Source: an uncultured Sutterella sp.
GTDB lineage: Bacteria > Pseudomonadota > Gammaproteobacteria > Burkholderiales > Burkholderiaceae_F
Assembly: GCA_900767875.1 (NCBI GenBank)
Contig: CAAGAT010000074.1
Span: forward strand, 34,270 to 98,269
Reading direction: 5' to 3'
DNA length: 64,000 bases
Shown here one piece after another: positions 9,259-19,316 of the stretch; position 1 is the first letter of the stretch; every line of letters begins with the position of its first letter. The translations under genes were made by a program, and so were the position numbers. The notes beneath the pieces were generated by a model that saw nothing but the letters and a program-made list of their open reading frames with translations, was not told the DNA's origin and made no database searches.

Positions 9259-11061
9259 ATGCGTACCACTTACTGTGGCTTGGTCGATGAGAAGCTGATC
9301 GGCCAGACTGTCACCCTTTACGGGTGGGCACACCGTCGTCGCGACCACGGCGGCGTGATTTTTATTGACTTGCGCGACCGTGAAGGCCTCGTTCAGGTGG
9401 TTTGCGATCCGGACCGCCCCGATGTGTTCGCTACGGCCGACAAGATCCGCAACGAATTCTGCCTTTCCGTGGTCGGCACCGTGCGCGCCCGCCCCGAAGG
9501 CACCAAGAACGAACACCTGATCTCGGGCGGCGTCGAAGTTCTGTGCAAGGAACTCGAAATCCTCAATCCGTCCCTGCCGCCCCCCTTCCAGCTCGACGAC
9601 GACACGGTGAGCGAATCGGCCCGTCTGACCTACCGCGTGCTCGACCTGCGCCGTCAGCAGATGCAGAACAACCTCAAGCTGCGCTTTAAGGTGACGCAGG
9701 CCTTCCGTCACTTCCTCGACGAGAACGGCTTCATCGACATCGAAACGCCGTTCCTGACCAAGTCCACGCCCGAAGGCGCCCGCGACTACCTCGTGCCCTC
9801 CCGCACGATGGACGGCCACTTCTTCGCGCTGCCGCAGTCGCCGCAGCTGTTCAAGCAGCTGCTGATGGTCGCCGGCTTTGACCGCTACTATCAGATCGTC
9901 AAGTGCTTCCGCGACGAAGACCTTCGTGCCGACCGTCAGCCCGAATTCACGCAGGTTGATATTGAAACCTCCTTCCTGAAGGAAGAGGAAATCCGCGACA
10001 TCATGGAACGGCTCATCCGCCGCGTCTTCAAGCAGGTTCTCGACGTGAACCTCGAGGCCGACGGCAAACGCTTCCTCGTGATGCCCTACAAGCAGGCCAT
10101 GGCCGACTACGGTTCGGACAAGCCCGACCTTCGCGTCAAGCTCAAGCTCGTCGAAGTCACGGACATCGTGGCCGACAGCCAGTTCAAGGTCTTTACGGCC
10201 GTCAAGTCCCTGCACAACGGCAAGGTCGTGGCGCTGCGCGTTCCGGGTGCCGCCGCCATGCCGCGCTCGGAAATCGACGGCTACACGGAATTTGTCAAGA
10301 TCTACGGCGCCAAGGGCCTGGCCTACATCAAGATCAACGACGTGACCGCCGGCCGCGAAGGCATGCAGGGTCCCGTGGTCAAGAACCTCTCGGACGAAAT
10401 CGTCGCCAAGATTGTTGAAGTCACCGGCGCTCAGTCCGGCGACGTGATCTTCTTCGGCGCCGACAAGGCCAAGATCGTCTACGACAGCCTCGGCGCTCTG
10501 CGTCTGAAGATCGGTCACAGCGAATTCGGCAAGAAGCACGGCCTGTTTGAAGACGCCTGGCGTCCGCTGTGGGTCATCGACTTCCCGATGTTCGAGTACT
10601 CCGAAGAGGATCAGCGCTGGGTCGCCTGCCACCATCCCTTCACGAGCCCGAAGGACGAATGCGTGGACATGCTCGAAACCGATCCGGAAAACTGCTACGC
10701 CAAGGCCTACGACATGGTTCTGAACGGCTGGGAAATCGGCGGCGGCTCCGTGCGTATCCACCGTGCCGACGTTCAGAGCAAGGTGTTCAGCGCCCTGAAG
10801 ATCGGTCCGGAAGAAGCCCGCATGAAGTTCGGCTTCCTGCTCGACGCCCTTCAGTTCGGTGCGCCTCCCCACGGCGGCATCGCCTTCGGTCTGGACCGCA
10901 TCGTCACCATGATGACCGGTGCGCCGTCCATCCGTGATGTGATTGCCTTCCCGAAGACGCAGCGCGCCCAGTGTCTGCTCACCGGCGCTCCGAGCCCGGT
11001 CGACGAAAAGCAGCTGCGCGAACTGCACATTCGCCTGCGCAACGAACCCAAGAAGGATTAA
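9259..11061 (+). CDS. aspS: aspartyl-tRNA synthetase
   Basis: 600 aa; N-terminal OB fold, class II motifs, GDD insertion domain; strong family resemblance over the full length. Confidence 0.95.
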   Translation: MRTTYCGLVDEKLIGQTVTLYGWAHRRRDHGGVIFIDLRDREGLVQVVCDPDRPDVFATADKIRNEFCLSVVGTVRARPEGTKNEHLISGGVEVLCKELEILNPSLPPPFQLDDDTVSESARLTYRVLDLRRQQMQNNLKLRFKVTQAFRHFLDENGFIDIETPFLTKSTPEGARDYLVPSRTMDGHFFALPQSPQLFKQLLMVAGFDRYYQIVKCFRDEDLRADRQPEFTQVDIETSFLKEEEIRDIMERLIRRVFKQVLDVNLEADGKRFLVMPYKQAMADYGSDKPDLRVKLKLVEVTDIVADSQFKVFTAVKSLHNGKVVALRVPGAAAMPRSEIDGYTEFVKIYGAKGLAYIKINDVTAGREGMQGPVVKNLSDEIVAKIVEVTGAQSGDVIFFGADKAKIVYDSLGALRLKIGHSEFGKKHGLFEDAWRPLWVIDFPMFEYSEEDQRWVACHHPFTSPKDECVDMLETDPENCYAKAYDMVLNGWEIGGGSVRIHRADVQSKVFSALKIGPEEARMKFGFLLDALQFGAPPHGGIAFGLDRIVTMMTGAPSIRDVIAFPKTQRAQCLLTGAPSPVDEKQLRELHIRLRNEPKKD

Positions 11062-11079
11062 TCGCCTTCACGGAAAGAC

Positions 11080-11104
11080 TCGGGGAAAAGCCTCTTTTCC
11101 CCGA
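11080..11104 (+). terminator. hairpin after aspS
   Basis: CGGGGAAAAG-CC-TCTTTTCCCCG perfect inverted repeat; no strong U-tract. Confidence 0.4.
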
Positions 11105-11271
11105 GGCCACACGGCTCGACAAAGCTTGCTTTGCCGGGCCGTTGTTTTTGGTGCAATCGGAAACAAAATCCGCGGCTCGTGCGCCGACGCTTGCCGCTAT
11201 ACTTGGCTCAAATCGGTGCGACAGACGCCGAAAATGCAGACTTTCCCCGATACGGGGCCCCGAACAAGACA

Positions 11272-11652
11272 ATGTCCCTTACCTCCACCAAACAACGCCG
11301 GGCCATCGGCGAGCGCCTCGCGCAGGAGCGCAACCGCTTAAGCTACACGCCGCTGCAGATCGCGCAGCTTCTCGGCGTGCCGCTCGAGACCTACGAGCGC
11401 TACGAGGCCGGCCTTGAGGATCCGGGCGTGTTCAACATGCAGCGCCTCTATACGATCGGCTTTGACGTGATGTTCGTCGTCACGGGCGACCGCTACCGTC
11501 CGGTGCAGGAGGAAAGCGAGCTGCTGCAGCGCTTTCGGGAACTGTCGCTGCGCGGCAAGACCTCCATCTTCATGACGTTGGATGCGCTCGAGCGCCTCGC
11601 GCCCAACCTCAAGGAAAACATCAAAAAGAAGTTCCGCGACACGCTCAGCTGA
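11272..11652 (+). CDS. XRE-family helix-turn-helix transcriptional regulator, 126 aa
   Basis: Start at internal MSLTSTKQRR; HTH segment YTPLQIAQLLGVPLETYERYEAG. Confidence 0.6.
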   Translation: MSLTSTKQRRAIGERLAQERNRLSYTPLQIAQLLGVPLETYERYEAGLEDPGVFNMQRLYTIGFDVMFVVTGDRYRPVQEESELLQRFRELSLRGKTSIFMTLDALERLAPNLKENIKKKFRDTLS

Positions 11653-11791
11653 CCGCCCCGCCACGCTTTGCAATGGAGCTCCCAACGCTCCTTGCACCCG
11701 AAAAACAACAGTTTCATCAAGGAAAGCGCGCACGAAGAGCGCCGCCGCAAATCAGATATGGCAAACTGAGAATCCGTTGAGCGCATTTGCC

Positions 11792-14269
11792 ATGTTTCTG
11801 ACTTCCATTCCCCGCATCGCACGCCTGCTGCTGGCGTTTGTCGTCCTTCTTCTTGTGTTGGCGGTTGCTGCCGTCGGCACGCTTTTCTACGTCCTGGACG
11901 AAAAGGCCGTCAAATCGACCATCGATGCGTACGCCAAAGAGGCTCTGAACGCGCAGGTCGAATACGCCGGCCCCGTCTCGCTCAAGCATCTGACATCGCT
12001 TCAGGTGCACATTCCCGCCCTACGGTTCACGGATTTGGCAACGGGCAGCCTCATCGGCTCGATTGAAGGGGCCGAGGCCGACGTGGCCATGTGGTCGGCT
12101 CTGTTGGGCGCGGTCAACGTCAATTCCATCCGCATCGACGGCGCCAAGCTGTCGCTGCGCGTGCCCTCTTTGAGCGGCGACACCCTGTACGACGAAACCT
12201 TCGGCGCGGTGCGCTTTCCGGCCAATCTGCGCGTGAGCGAATTTCGCCTCAACAACGCCCGTATCGATCTGTCCACCGGGCAAAACGAAACCAAGCGCGC
12301 CTGGACGGTGAACAACCTGGCCCTGGCCACCGGGCGCCTGTCGCCCGAAATGACGACGCCGTTTGAGTTTTCGGCGCATTTTGAGGCGGCCGACGCCGGC
12401 AAATCCGTGCCGGCGGCGCTTCCCGCGCCCGTCGTTGAACCGAGCTTGCCGCAGACCACGCCTGAAGCCGCGCAGCCGGCTCCGGCCCCCGACGAAACGC
12501 CGACGCCCAAGGACGAGGCCGCTGCCGCCTCACCCGCCACGCCGGCTCCCTCTGCCCAAACCGCGGCAGACGCGCCGGCCGACCCGGCCCCCGCTCCCGC
12601 CCACGCCCCCGATTACGTCGACACGTCCGCAAATCCGCAGCCGCCCGCCGGCACGCAGCCGAGCGAGCCGACGATGGCCCTCACGCCGCTCGAGGCCAAG
12701 CCCGACACCCCGGCGCCGGAAACCGACAAAGCGCCCGCGGTGCTGTCCGAAGGCGGCACGAGTGCCTCGGCATCGCACCTTTTCTCCCAGGCCTGGGCAC
12801 AGAGCAACCTGCCCGCCTCAGTCATGCCCTTCGTGAACGTGGATCCCACGACTTTGTCGGGCGACCTCTCGGCCAAGGGCAAGCTCGCCATCTCCGTCAC
12901 GGACCGCTTCGTGATGCTCGAGAGCGTGGGCATTTCCGGTGAAATCAATCAGCAAGGTCAGGCCTGGACGGCCGTGGCCAAGGCCGACCGTCTGCGCTTT
13001 AAGGGTAGCGAGCTGTCGGGCAGCAACCTCACGGCCAGCCTGTCGCAGCCGGCGGACACCACGGGCGACATTCACGTCGGCGCGGTGGACTTCCGCGTGC
13101 GCCCCGGCGTGCTCGAAAGTCCCGAAATGCGCTTTTCGCGCACCGAAGAGCGCGGCGGCCGCGTGGCCACCTTCGAAGCGGCCAGTTCCGTGCGGGCCGA
13201 CTTCGTCAAGCAAAAGGCCGACCTCGACAATCTGACGGCCCGCGTGAGCATCTCGGGCGACCCGCAGCTGCCCACCGACTTCAACGCCTCGGTGTCGGGC
13301 TACATCAAGGCCGATCTGACGAGTCAGGGTGCACAGGTGGGTCTGTCGGGCGACTTTGCCGGCGCTCCCATCAGCTTTAACGGCGCCGTGCGCAACGCCG
13401 AAGCGCTCCCCGAGCTTGAGGGCGAACTGATGATCGGTGCGGTCAACCGCGACACGCTGCCGGGCGCCGAAATGCTCGCCTGGATGCAGCACTTCAATTT
13501 CTCGGGCGCCGTGCGCATCGGCAACATCACCGCGGGCGGCATCAGCGGCACGCAGTTAAACGGCATCCTGTCGATTCAAAACGGTCGCGCCGTCATCGAC
13601 TCGTTGGTCATCAACACGGCCGAAGGGCGTCTTTTCGGGACCTTCGAACTGGCCCAGGACACCTTCTGGCTCTTTAACGGCCGCATCGACGGCGTCTCGC
13701 TCGACAAGTTCATCATCCCGGTGGCGGGCGCCAGTCCCGTCTCGGGCATCGCCAACGGCGATCTGACGCTCTCGGGGCAGCGCTTTGACCCGGCCAGCCT
13801 CAGCGGCACCGCCAAGCTGCGCGTGTTGCGCCCGGCCTACATCGGGCTTGACGCGGCCGCCGTGCGCAACCACCTGGTCACCAACGCCGACACCGCGCTC
13901 ATTACCCGTGAGGGTGCCCGCACGGACCTCGATGAGGCCAGCCTGGCGGTGACCCTGACGGGCAACCGCCTCACGCTGCAGAACATCGTGGCGCGCTCGG
14001 TGTACGTGCGCGGCAAGGCCGACGCCGCCGTGAATCTGACGAGCGGCGAGCTGCAGGGCACCGCGAGCCTGATCTTTGCGCCGCAGCAGGGTGTGCCCTC
14101 CATTCACCTGGCGGCCGCCCTCTCGGGCACCGGCAAGGCTCCCGCCTGGAGCTTTGAGTGGGAAAAATCCGCGCAGGCCCTCGCGCGTGCCCAGGGTAAG
14201 CCTATCCTCGAAGACAAGGACGAGGGCAAGAGCATCTGGCAGAGCGTCAAGGACTTCTTCCGCTTCTGA
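11792..14269 (+). CDS. AsmA-family outer-membrane biogenesis protein with a Pro/Ala-rich low-complexity insert
   Basis: Start at MFLTSIPRIARLLLAFVVLLLV (N-terminal TM anchor). AsmA-like N- and C-terminal regions flank a roughly 130-aa P/A/T/E-rich segment. Confidence 0.7.
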   Translation: MFLTSIPRIARLLLAFVVLLLVLAVAAVGTLFYVLDEKAVKSTIDAYAKEALNAQVEYAGPVSLKHLTSLQVHIPALRFTDLATGSLIGSIEGAEADVAMWSALLGAVNVNSIRIDGAKLSLRVPSLSGDTLYDETFGAVRFPANLRVSEFRLNNARIDLSTGQNETKRAWTVNNLALATGRLSPEMTTPFEFSAHFEAADAGKSVPAALPAPVVEPSLPQTTPEAAQPAPAPDETPTPKDEAAAASPATPAPSAQTAADAPADPAPAPAHAPDYVDTSANPQPPAGTQPSEPTMALTPLEAKPDTPAPETDKAPAVLSEGGTSASASHLFSQAWAQSNLPASVMPFVNVDPTTLSGDLSAKGKLAISVTDRFVMLESVGISGEINQQGQAWTAVAKADRLRFKGSELSGSNLTASLSQPADTTGDIHVGAVDFRVRPGVLESPEMRFSRTEERGGRVATFEAASSVRADFVKQKADLDNLTARVSISGDPQLPTDFNASVSGYIKADLTSQGAQVGLSGDFAGAPISFNGAVRNAEALPELEGELMIGAVNRDTLPGAEMLAWMQHFNFSGAVRIGNITAGGISGTQLNGILSIQNGRAVIDSLVINTAEGRLFGTFELAQDTFWLFNGRIDGVSLDKFIIPVAGASPVSGIANGDLTLSGQRFDPASLSGTAKLRVLRPAYIGLDAAAVRNHLVTNADTALITREGARTDLDEASLAVTLTGNRLTLQNIVARSVYVRGKADAAVNLTSGELQGTASLIFAPQQGVPSIHLAAALSGTGKAPAWSFEWEKSAQALARAQGKPILEDKDEGKSIWQSVKDFFRF

Positions 14270-14296
14270 TCCCCACCCCTCTTCAAAAGCGCTTGC

Positions 14297-14330
14297 GAAG
14301 CGGCCCACCGGGCCGCTTCGGCGTCTTTGC
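14297..14330 (+). terminator. hairpin terminator after the asmA-family gene
   Basis: GAAGCGGCCC-ACCG-GGCCGCTTC stem followed by a short T-containing tract. Confidence 0.45.
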
Positions 14331-14501
14331 GGCACCCCATGCCATCTTGGAAAGCTGGCTGAGGGTCCACAAACGACTCAGCGTTCCCTTTGCGGACGCG
14401 AAACGGCCGCGAGGGTCACTCGAACTGTCGCGGCCGTCATGCTCAGAGGAAAACGCGGGCGGTGCGTTTGACCGCCGACGCGCTTCTCAGATTTTGTTTT
14501 C

Positions 14502-15128
14502 TCAGTAATCGCGCGCGGCGTACTTGTCGGCAAGCTTATTGAGGTAGGCGATCACTTCGGGACCGGTCCAGTCCACAAAACCGCGCACGAAGCCCACGAG
14601 GTTGCCCTGACCGTCGAGCACGAAAAAGCTCGGCACCACATCGAGCGGCACATCGTCGCCGATCACCTGCTTGGTGTCGATCAGGGTGCTGAAGTCTTCG
14701 CCAAGACCGTAGCGCTTCATGAACTTCTTGACGTCCTTGACGTTGTCGTCCACGGACACGGAAATGACGTGCACCTTGCTCTTGGGATCCTTGTTGAAGT
14801 GGCGCTGCAGCTCGTGCATGGCCGGCATCGTACGGATGCACGGCTCACACCAGGTCGCCCAGACGTCCAGGAGCACGAGCTTGCCCTTGAAGGAATTCAG
14901 GGCCACCGGCTTGCCGTTCAAATCGGGCAGCACGGCCTTGGAAAAACCGCGGGTGTGACGCATTTCCAAAAAGTCGCGCAGCTGACCGGGCTTGCCCGCC
15001 ATGGGTTCGCCGTTTTCGACGATCTTGTTTTGGAAGGCCGGAACGTATTCCTCGGCCTGGGGCTGGGCCGCCACGGCGGACACGGACAGGCTTGCCGCCA
15101 GAGCAAGCGAGAGCAACAGACGTTTCAC
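14502..15128 (-). CDS. periplasmic thioredoxin-like thiol:disulfide oxidoreductase (TlpA/ResA/DsbE family); last gene of the octaheme-cytochrome cluster
   Basis: WATWCEPC active site. Start assigned to GTG (V of VKRLLLSLALAASLSVSAVAA signal peptide) preceded by AGGAGA. Confidence 0.8.
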   Translation of the reverse strand: MKRLLLSLALAASLSVSAVAAQPQAEEYVPAFQNKIVENGEPMAGKPGQLRDFLEMRHTRGFSKAVLPDLNGKPVALNSFKGKLVLLDVWATWCEPCIRTMPAMHELQRHFNKDPKSKVHVISVSVDDNVKDVKKFMKRYGLGEDFSTLIDTKQVIGDDVPLDVVPSFFVLDGQGNLVGFVRGFVDWTGPEVIAYLNKLADKYAARDY

Positions 15129-15166
15129 TTTAGGTCTCCTGAAATGCAATGGTTGTTGGTATGCGG

Positions 15167-15634
15167 TTAGGGCTTTGCGGCCGGCTTTTGGCGCCGGCGC
15201 AGACTGCGCCAGAAAAGCAGGGCGCCGACGGCTGCGGCAATCCAGGGCGCGGCCCAGAGTAGAAAAGTGGTGGCGTTAAAATCGGGCTGATAACGCACGG
15301 CCTCCCCGTAGCGCTCGGCCATGTAGTCGAGAATTTCGCCGCGGCTCGCCCCTTCCCGGAGCTTTTGATAAATGAGGGCCTTGAGCTCGCCGGATAGGGC
15401 CGTTTCCGACTCGTAGAGCGTGTTGTTGGCCGAGCTCGGATCGCGCAGCAGCTTGGAAACGGCGATGGCCTCGTCGTAAAGCGCGCGGCCGCTCAAGCCT
15501 TCGCTCTTTTGAGCCGGCTGCGTTGCCGATGCAACGGGCTCGACCGCCTGTGCCGGCATCGGCGTTGCCGTCACGAGCATGAGGGCCGCGCCCAAGGCCA
15601 CCAGGACCCCTTGAATGCGTTGCAAAAGCGTCAT
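15167..15634 (-). CDS. CcmH/NrfF-like cytochrome c maturation protein lacking the CXXC motif
   Basis: C-terminal ALIYQKLREGASRGEILDYMAERYGEAVRYQP aligns to E. coli CcmH (KVYELMQEGKSKKEIVDYMVARYGNFVTYDP). Where CcmH has LRCPKCQNN this protein has LRDPSSANN. Start codon overlaps the upstream CcmF-like stop. Confidence 0.7.
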   Translation of the reverse strand: MTLLQRIQGVLVALGAALMLVTATPMPAQAVEPVASATQPAQKSEGLSGRALYDEAIAVSKLLRDPSSANNTLYESETALSGELKALIYQKLREGASRGEILDYMAERYGEAVRYQPDFNATTFLLWAAPWIAAAVGALLFWRSLRRRQKPAAKP

Positions 15635-17523
15635 TTCCTGAGCTCCTTTCGGCGGCGGGTCAAAAGCGTCACGAGGCCCGCGAACATCATGAGAGCGGCG
15701 GCGCCCCACAGCCAGCTTGCCAGCGGTTTGACGGCCAGTCGCACGAGCCACTCGGTCTCGGAGAGCTTGTTGCCCATCGACACGTACAGGTCGCGCAACA
15801 GGCCGTGATCGATGCCCGCGGCCGTCATCTGCATGCCGTTGGACACAAAGGTCTGGCGCATCGGGAACAAATCCGTGAGGTGGCTCTCGTCCGAGGCCTT
15901 CAAAACCTCAATGTGTGCCGCGTCGCCAAAGTAGGCGTGCGTGTTGACCTTGTAGGTGTCGCGGTAGACGAAAATCACATCCCCAACGGGCTTGCCCGCG
16001 CCCGGCCCCATGCGCACGAGCGCCTCGGTTTCGTACTGCGCAATGCCCGTGGCTCCGACGATGGCCAGGGCGATCGACACGTGCGCGAGCACCGCGCCGA
16101 CGGCAGGGCGAGCGCCCGCCGTCACAAAAGGAGCAATGCTTGCGGCCGCCAGCCAGCCCGCGCTCGCAAAGGCCGCAAAGGTCATGCCGAGCTCCTTGGG
16201 CCCGGTCACAAACGCCAGGCTCCCGCACAAAAGAGCCACGACGGCGCATGCAGCGATGGTCGCCTTAAGGTGCCGCGCGCCCAAAATCTGCGCGCCGCCG
16301 GCCGCGACGGCCGCAAACAGGCTCATGGGCGCAAAGAAGCTGTTGAAGTAGGGAGCCCCCACCGTGAGGGACCCCAGGCCTGCCATGTCGTAAAAGACCG
16401 GATAGAGCGTGCCCACGAGCACGGCCGCCGCTCCCACGCACAGGGCGCACACGGCCAGCGTCAGGCCCGTGTCGAGCGCATCGGGATCGCTCACTTCGCG
16501 CGTCTCGGCCTTTTGGACCGCATCAATGCGCAGGGCATAAAAGACGAGCCCGGGCACGAGCACCAGAATGCAGGCGATGAGCAGCACGACGCCGCGCTCG
16601 GGGTCGGAGGCAAAGGCGTGCACGGACTGCATCAGGCCGCTGCGCACGATGAAGGTACCGAGCAGACACAGCGCAAAGGAAACGATGCCGAGCATCAGAA
16701 CCGTGCGCAGCATGCGCGCGCGCTTTTCAAAAAGAATCAGGGCGTGCAGCAGGGCGCTCACCGTGAGCCACGGAATGAAGGAGGCGTTTTCGACCGGGTC
16801 CCAGAACCACCAGCCGCCCCAGCCAAGTTCCGTGTAGGCCCACCAGGAGCCCAGCGCATTGCCCGCCGTCAGAAAAATCCAGGTGATGATGCCCACGCGC
16901 TTGAGCGCGGCCACGGCCTCGGGTGAGAGGCGCCGCATCCACAGCACGGCCGTCACGAGAGCAAAGACCACGGCCAGCCCGGCGTAGGCGGCAAAGATGA
17001 CGGGCGGATGCAGGATCATGCCGATGTCCTGCAGGATGGGATTGAGGTCGCGCCCCTCCAAGGGAACCGCCGGCAGGTTGCGCAGGAAGGGGTTGGCGGC
17101 CGTCAGCACAAAGGTGGCGAACACGCCCGTGACGGCAAGCATCACGCACTGAATGCGCGCGCTGAAGGCTTCGCGGCCGCGGTGAAAGAGCGCCTCCAGA
17201 CAGGCCGCCACCGCAATGAAAACGAGCCAGAGCAGCATCGAGCCCTCGTGGCTGCCCCAAAGCGCGGCCGTCTTGTAGAGCGTCTCAAGCTTGGTGTTGG
17301 AGTGGTCGGCCACATACGTGATCGAAAAGTCATCGATCAAAAAGGCGCGCAGCAAAATCCCCGCGACGACAATCAGGCACAGCGCTGCGGCGGGCGTGCA
17401 CACACGCCACAGGCCCGCCAGAGTCTTGTTGTCCCTGACGAGGCCGGCAAAAACCGCCGCGGCCCCAAAGAGGGACGAAGCCGCCGCCAAACACAGCAAA
17501 AAGTGACCGAACTCGGCAATCAC
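15631..17523 (-). CDS. CcmF/NrfE-like cytochrome c-type biogenesis protein (heme lyase), 630 aa
   Basis: WWFWDPVENASFIPWL (WWD domain); polytopic membrane protein; CcmF family over the full length. Confidence 0.9.
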   Translation of the reverse strand: MIAEFGHFLLCLAAASSLFGAAAVFAGLVRDNKTLAGLWRVCTPAAALCLIVVAGILLRAFLIDDFSITYVADHSNTKLETLYKTAALWGSHEGSMLLWLVFIAVAACLEALFHRGREAFSARIQCVMLAVTGVFATFVLTAANPFLRNLPAVPLEGRDLNPILQDIGMILHPPVIFAAYAGLAVVFALVTAVLWMRRLSPEAVAALKRVGIITWIFLTAGNALGSWWAYTELGWGGWWFWDPVENASFIPWLTVSALLHALILFEKRARMLRTVLMLGIVSFALCLLGTFIVRSGLMQSVHAFASDPERGVVLLIACILVLVPGLVFYALRIDAVQKAETREVSDPDALDTGLTLAVCALCVGAAAVLVGTLYPVFYDMAGLGSLTVGAPYFNSFFAPMSLFAAVAAGGAQILGARHLKATIAACAVVALLCGSLAFVTGPKELGMTFAAFASAGWLAAASIAPFVTAGARPAVGAVLAHVSIALAIVGATGIAQYETEALVRMGPGAGKPVGDVIFVYRDTYKVNTHAYFGDAAHIEVLKASDESHLTDLFPMRQTFVSNGMQMTAAGIDHGLLRDLYVSMGNKLSETEWLVRLAVKPLASWLWGAAALMMFAGLVTLLTRRRKELRK

Positions 17524-17619
17524 GCTTTCTTTTCCTTATGCATCGCCTTTCCCTTGGGAAAAGCGGTTGATTCGTTCGTCGGACTTTACGCGCCCAACCT
17601 TCCGTCTGGCTGAAAACCC

Positions 17620-18417
17620 TCAGAAGCGCTTGCGCGCAAAAATCGTGCGGGCCAGGGCAAAAAGCGCCGCAGCCCAAGCAATCAGCACGGCCGTCAGGGC
17701 CGAGGCGGGCACGCCCGAGGCCACCGACCCAAAAAGCGACTGATTCAAGAGGCGAAAGGCACTGGCCGGATTGGCGAGCATGAGCGCGTTGAGCACGCCG
17801 CGCGGCAGGCCGCCCGTCATCGAGACGGCCGCCACCAATAGCCCGAGGTCATAGAGCAGCACCACCGCCAGCCACACGAGCACGAGAATGGCCAGCGCCT
17901 GCGCCTTGGTGCGCACCGACAGGCTCACGCAGTAGGCGGCAAACATAAAAACGAGCCCGAGCAGCCAGGCCGTGGCCGCGCTCACCGCCAGCGCCGCCAT
18001 CATCTCGCCCACGGCGTAGGGCACGGCGGCAAAAGCGGCCGCCACCGGCATCACGGCAAAACCGAGCATCAGCACGATGGCCACGGCCGCCCCCTGCCCG
18101 ATCGCCTTGCCGAGCAAAAAGGCCGTGCGGCTGAGCGGATAGGTGAGCATCAAAATGAGCATGCCGCCCTCGAGTTCGCCCACCAAGGCGTCGTAGGCGA
18201 GCAAAATGGCCAGCAGCGGCAGCAAAAAGACCGTGAGCGAAACCAGCGAATTCATCACCACCGACAGGGGCGGATAGGCAAAGCTGCCCCCGATGGCGGC
18301 CGTGCCGAAAAAGACGGCCAGCGACAGGATGGCAAAAAGCAGCGCGCCCGAGACGAGCCAGCGGCTTTGCAGACAGTCGAGCAGCTCCTTGCGGGCCACA
18401 AGCCAAACGTTTCTCAT
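17620..18417 (-). CDS. NosY-like ABC-2 family permease
   Basis: 6-TM ABC-2 permease; start at MRNVWLVARKELLD overlaps the upstream ATPase stop (ATGA). Confidence 0.7.
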   Translation of the reverse strand: MRNVWLVARKELLDCLQSRWLVSGALLFAILSLAVFFGTAAIGGSFAYPPLSVVMNSLVSLTVFLLPLLAILLAYDALVGELEGGMLILMLTYPLSRTAFLLGKAIGQGAAVAIVLMLGFAVMPVAAAFAAVPYAVGEMMAALAVSAATAWLLGLVFMFAAYCVSLSVRTKAQALAILVLVWLAVVLLYDLGLLVAAVSMTGGLPRGVLNALMLANPASAFRLLNQSLFGSVASGVPASALTAVLIAWAAALFALARTIFARKRF

Positions 18418-19316
18418 TGCGCCTCCTCGCGTTGCGCCTGCCCGCTCTTGAGGCAATAGGCGGCAAAAAGGTCGGTCAGACCCGCCCGGCGGATGTCAAA
18501 GTCAAAGTCGTGCATCTCTTGCGTCAGAATCCGAATCACCTCGGGCACCTCGCGCTCGGGCACGCGCAGCGTCTCACCCTCGAGGTACTTGGCGGCGGGA
18601 CCGGCGAGCAAGGCCTGACGGTCAAAGCCGCGGATGACGGCCTTGAGGTTGGAGCGGCGCCGCAGCTCTTCGAGCGTACCGCTTGCGCGCAGTTTGCCGC
18701 CCGCCATCATGAGCACAAAATCGGCGTAGGGCTCGATGAGGCTGAGCTCGTGCGTGCACACGATCACGGTGCAACCCTGCGCGCGCAGCTTGGCCAGCTC
18801 GGCGTACATCCAGGAGGAAGCCTGCGGATCGAGCCCCACGGTGGGCTCGTCAAGAATCATGATTTTGGGCTGCGCCAGCAGCGCCTGCGCCAGTCCGAGG
18901 CGTTGACGCTGGCCATTGGAGCACTGGTTCATGCGGTTGTTGCGCACGGCCGATAGCCCGAGAGCCTCGAGCAACTCGTCGACGCGCGTGGGAGCCACCC
19001 CCTTGAGGGCGGCAAAGTATTTGAGGTGCGCGAGCATCGTCATCTGCTCGTAAAAGCTGATGTTTTCGGGCAGATAGCCGATGCTCAGGGGATCGGATCC
19101 CGGCACCTTGCCCAACACCGTCACGCTGCCCTCTGCGGGGTAAAGTAGCCCGAGAATGTTTTTGATGAGCGTGGACTTGCCCGCCCCGTTGTGGCCGATC
19201 AGCGCCGTGAGCGTGCCCTCTTTGAGCGAGCAGCTCACCCCGTCGAGCACCTTGCGCGAGCCGCGCCAAAAGCCCAGGTTCTTCACGCCGATCGTTTCGG
19301 CACGATTTTCCGTCAT
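18414..19316 (-). CDS. NosF-like ABC transporter ATP-binding protein
   Basis: Walker A GHNGAGKST, ABC signature, Walker B ILDEP; start overlaps the NosD-like stop. Confidence 0.8.
   Translation of the reverse strand: MTENRAETIGVKNLGFWRGSRKVLDGVSCSLKEGTLTALIGHNGAGKSTLIKNILGLLYPAEGSVTVLGKVPGSDPLSIGYLPENISFYEQMTMLAHLKYFAALKGVAPTRVDELLEALGLSAVRNNRMNQCSNGQRQRLGLAQALLAQPKIMILDEPTVGLDPQASSWMYAELAKLRAQGCTVIVCTHELSLIEPYADFVLMMAGGKLRASGTLEELRRRSNLKAVIRGFDRQALLAGPAAKYLEGETLRVPEREVPEVIRILTQEMHDFDFDIRRAGLTDLFAAYCLKSGQAQREEAQ

Noticed and set aside
8815-11028. 737-aa minus-strand ORF
   Set aside because: Antisense shadow of aspS, which has unmistakable full-length aspartyl-tRNA synthetase homology.
12400-12770. 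Repetitive P/A-rich nucleotide stretch checked as a CRISPR or tandem DNA repeat
   Set aside because: No regular spacer-repeat periodicity. The repetition is at the amino-acid composition level inside a continuous ORF.
17620-19316. Initial reading of the ABC ATPase and permease as CcmA/CcmB, because they sit next to a CcmF-like gene
   Set aside because: They lie directly downstream of NosD- and NosL-like genes, ccmC/D/E are absent, and the permease has ABC-2 NosY architecture. NosF/NosY-like is the better call.
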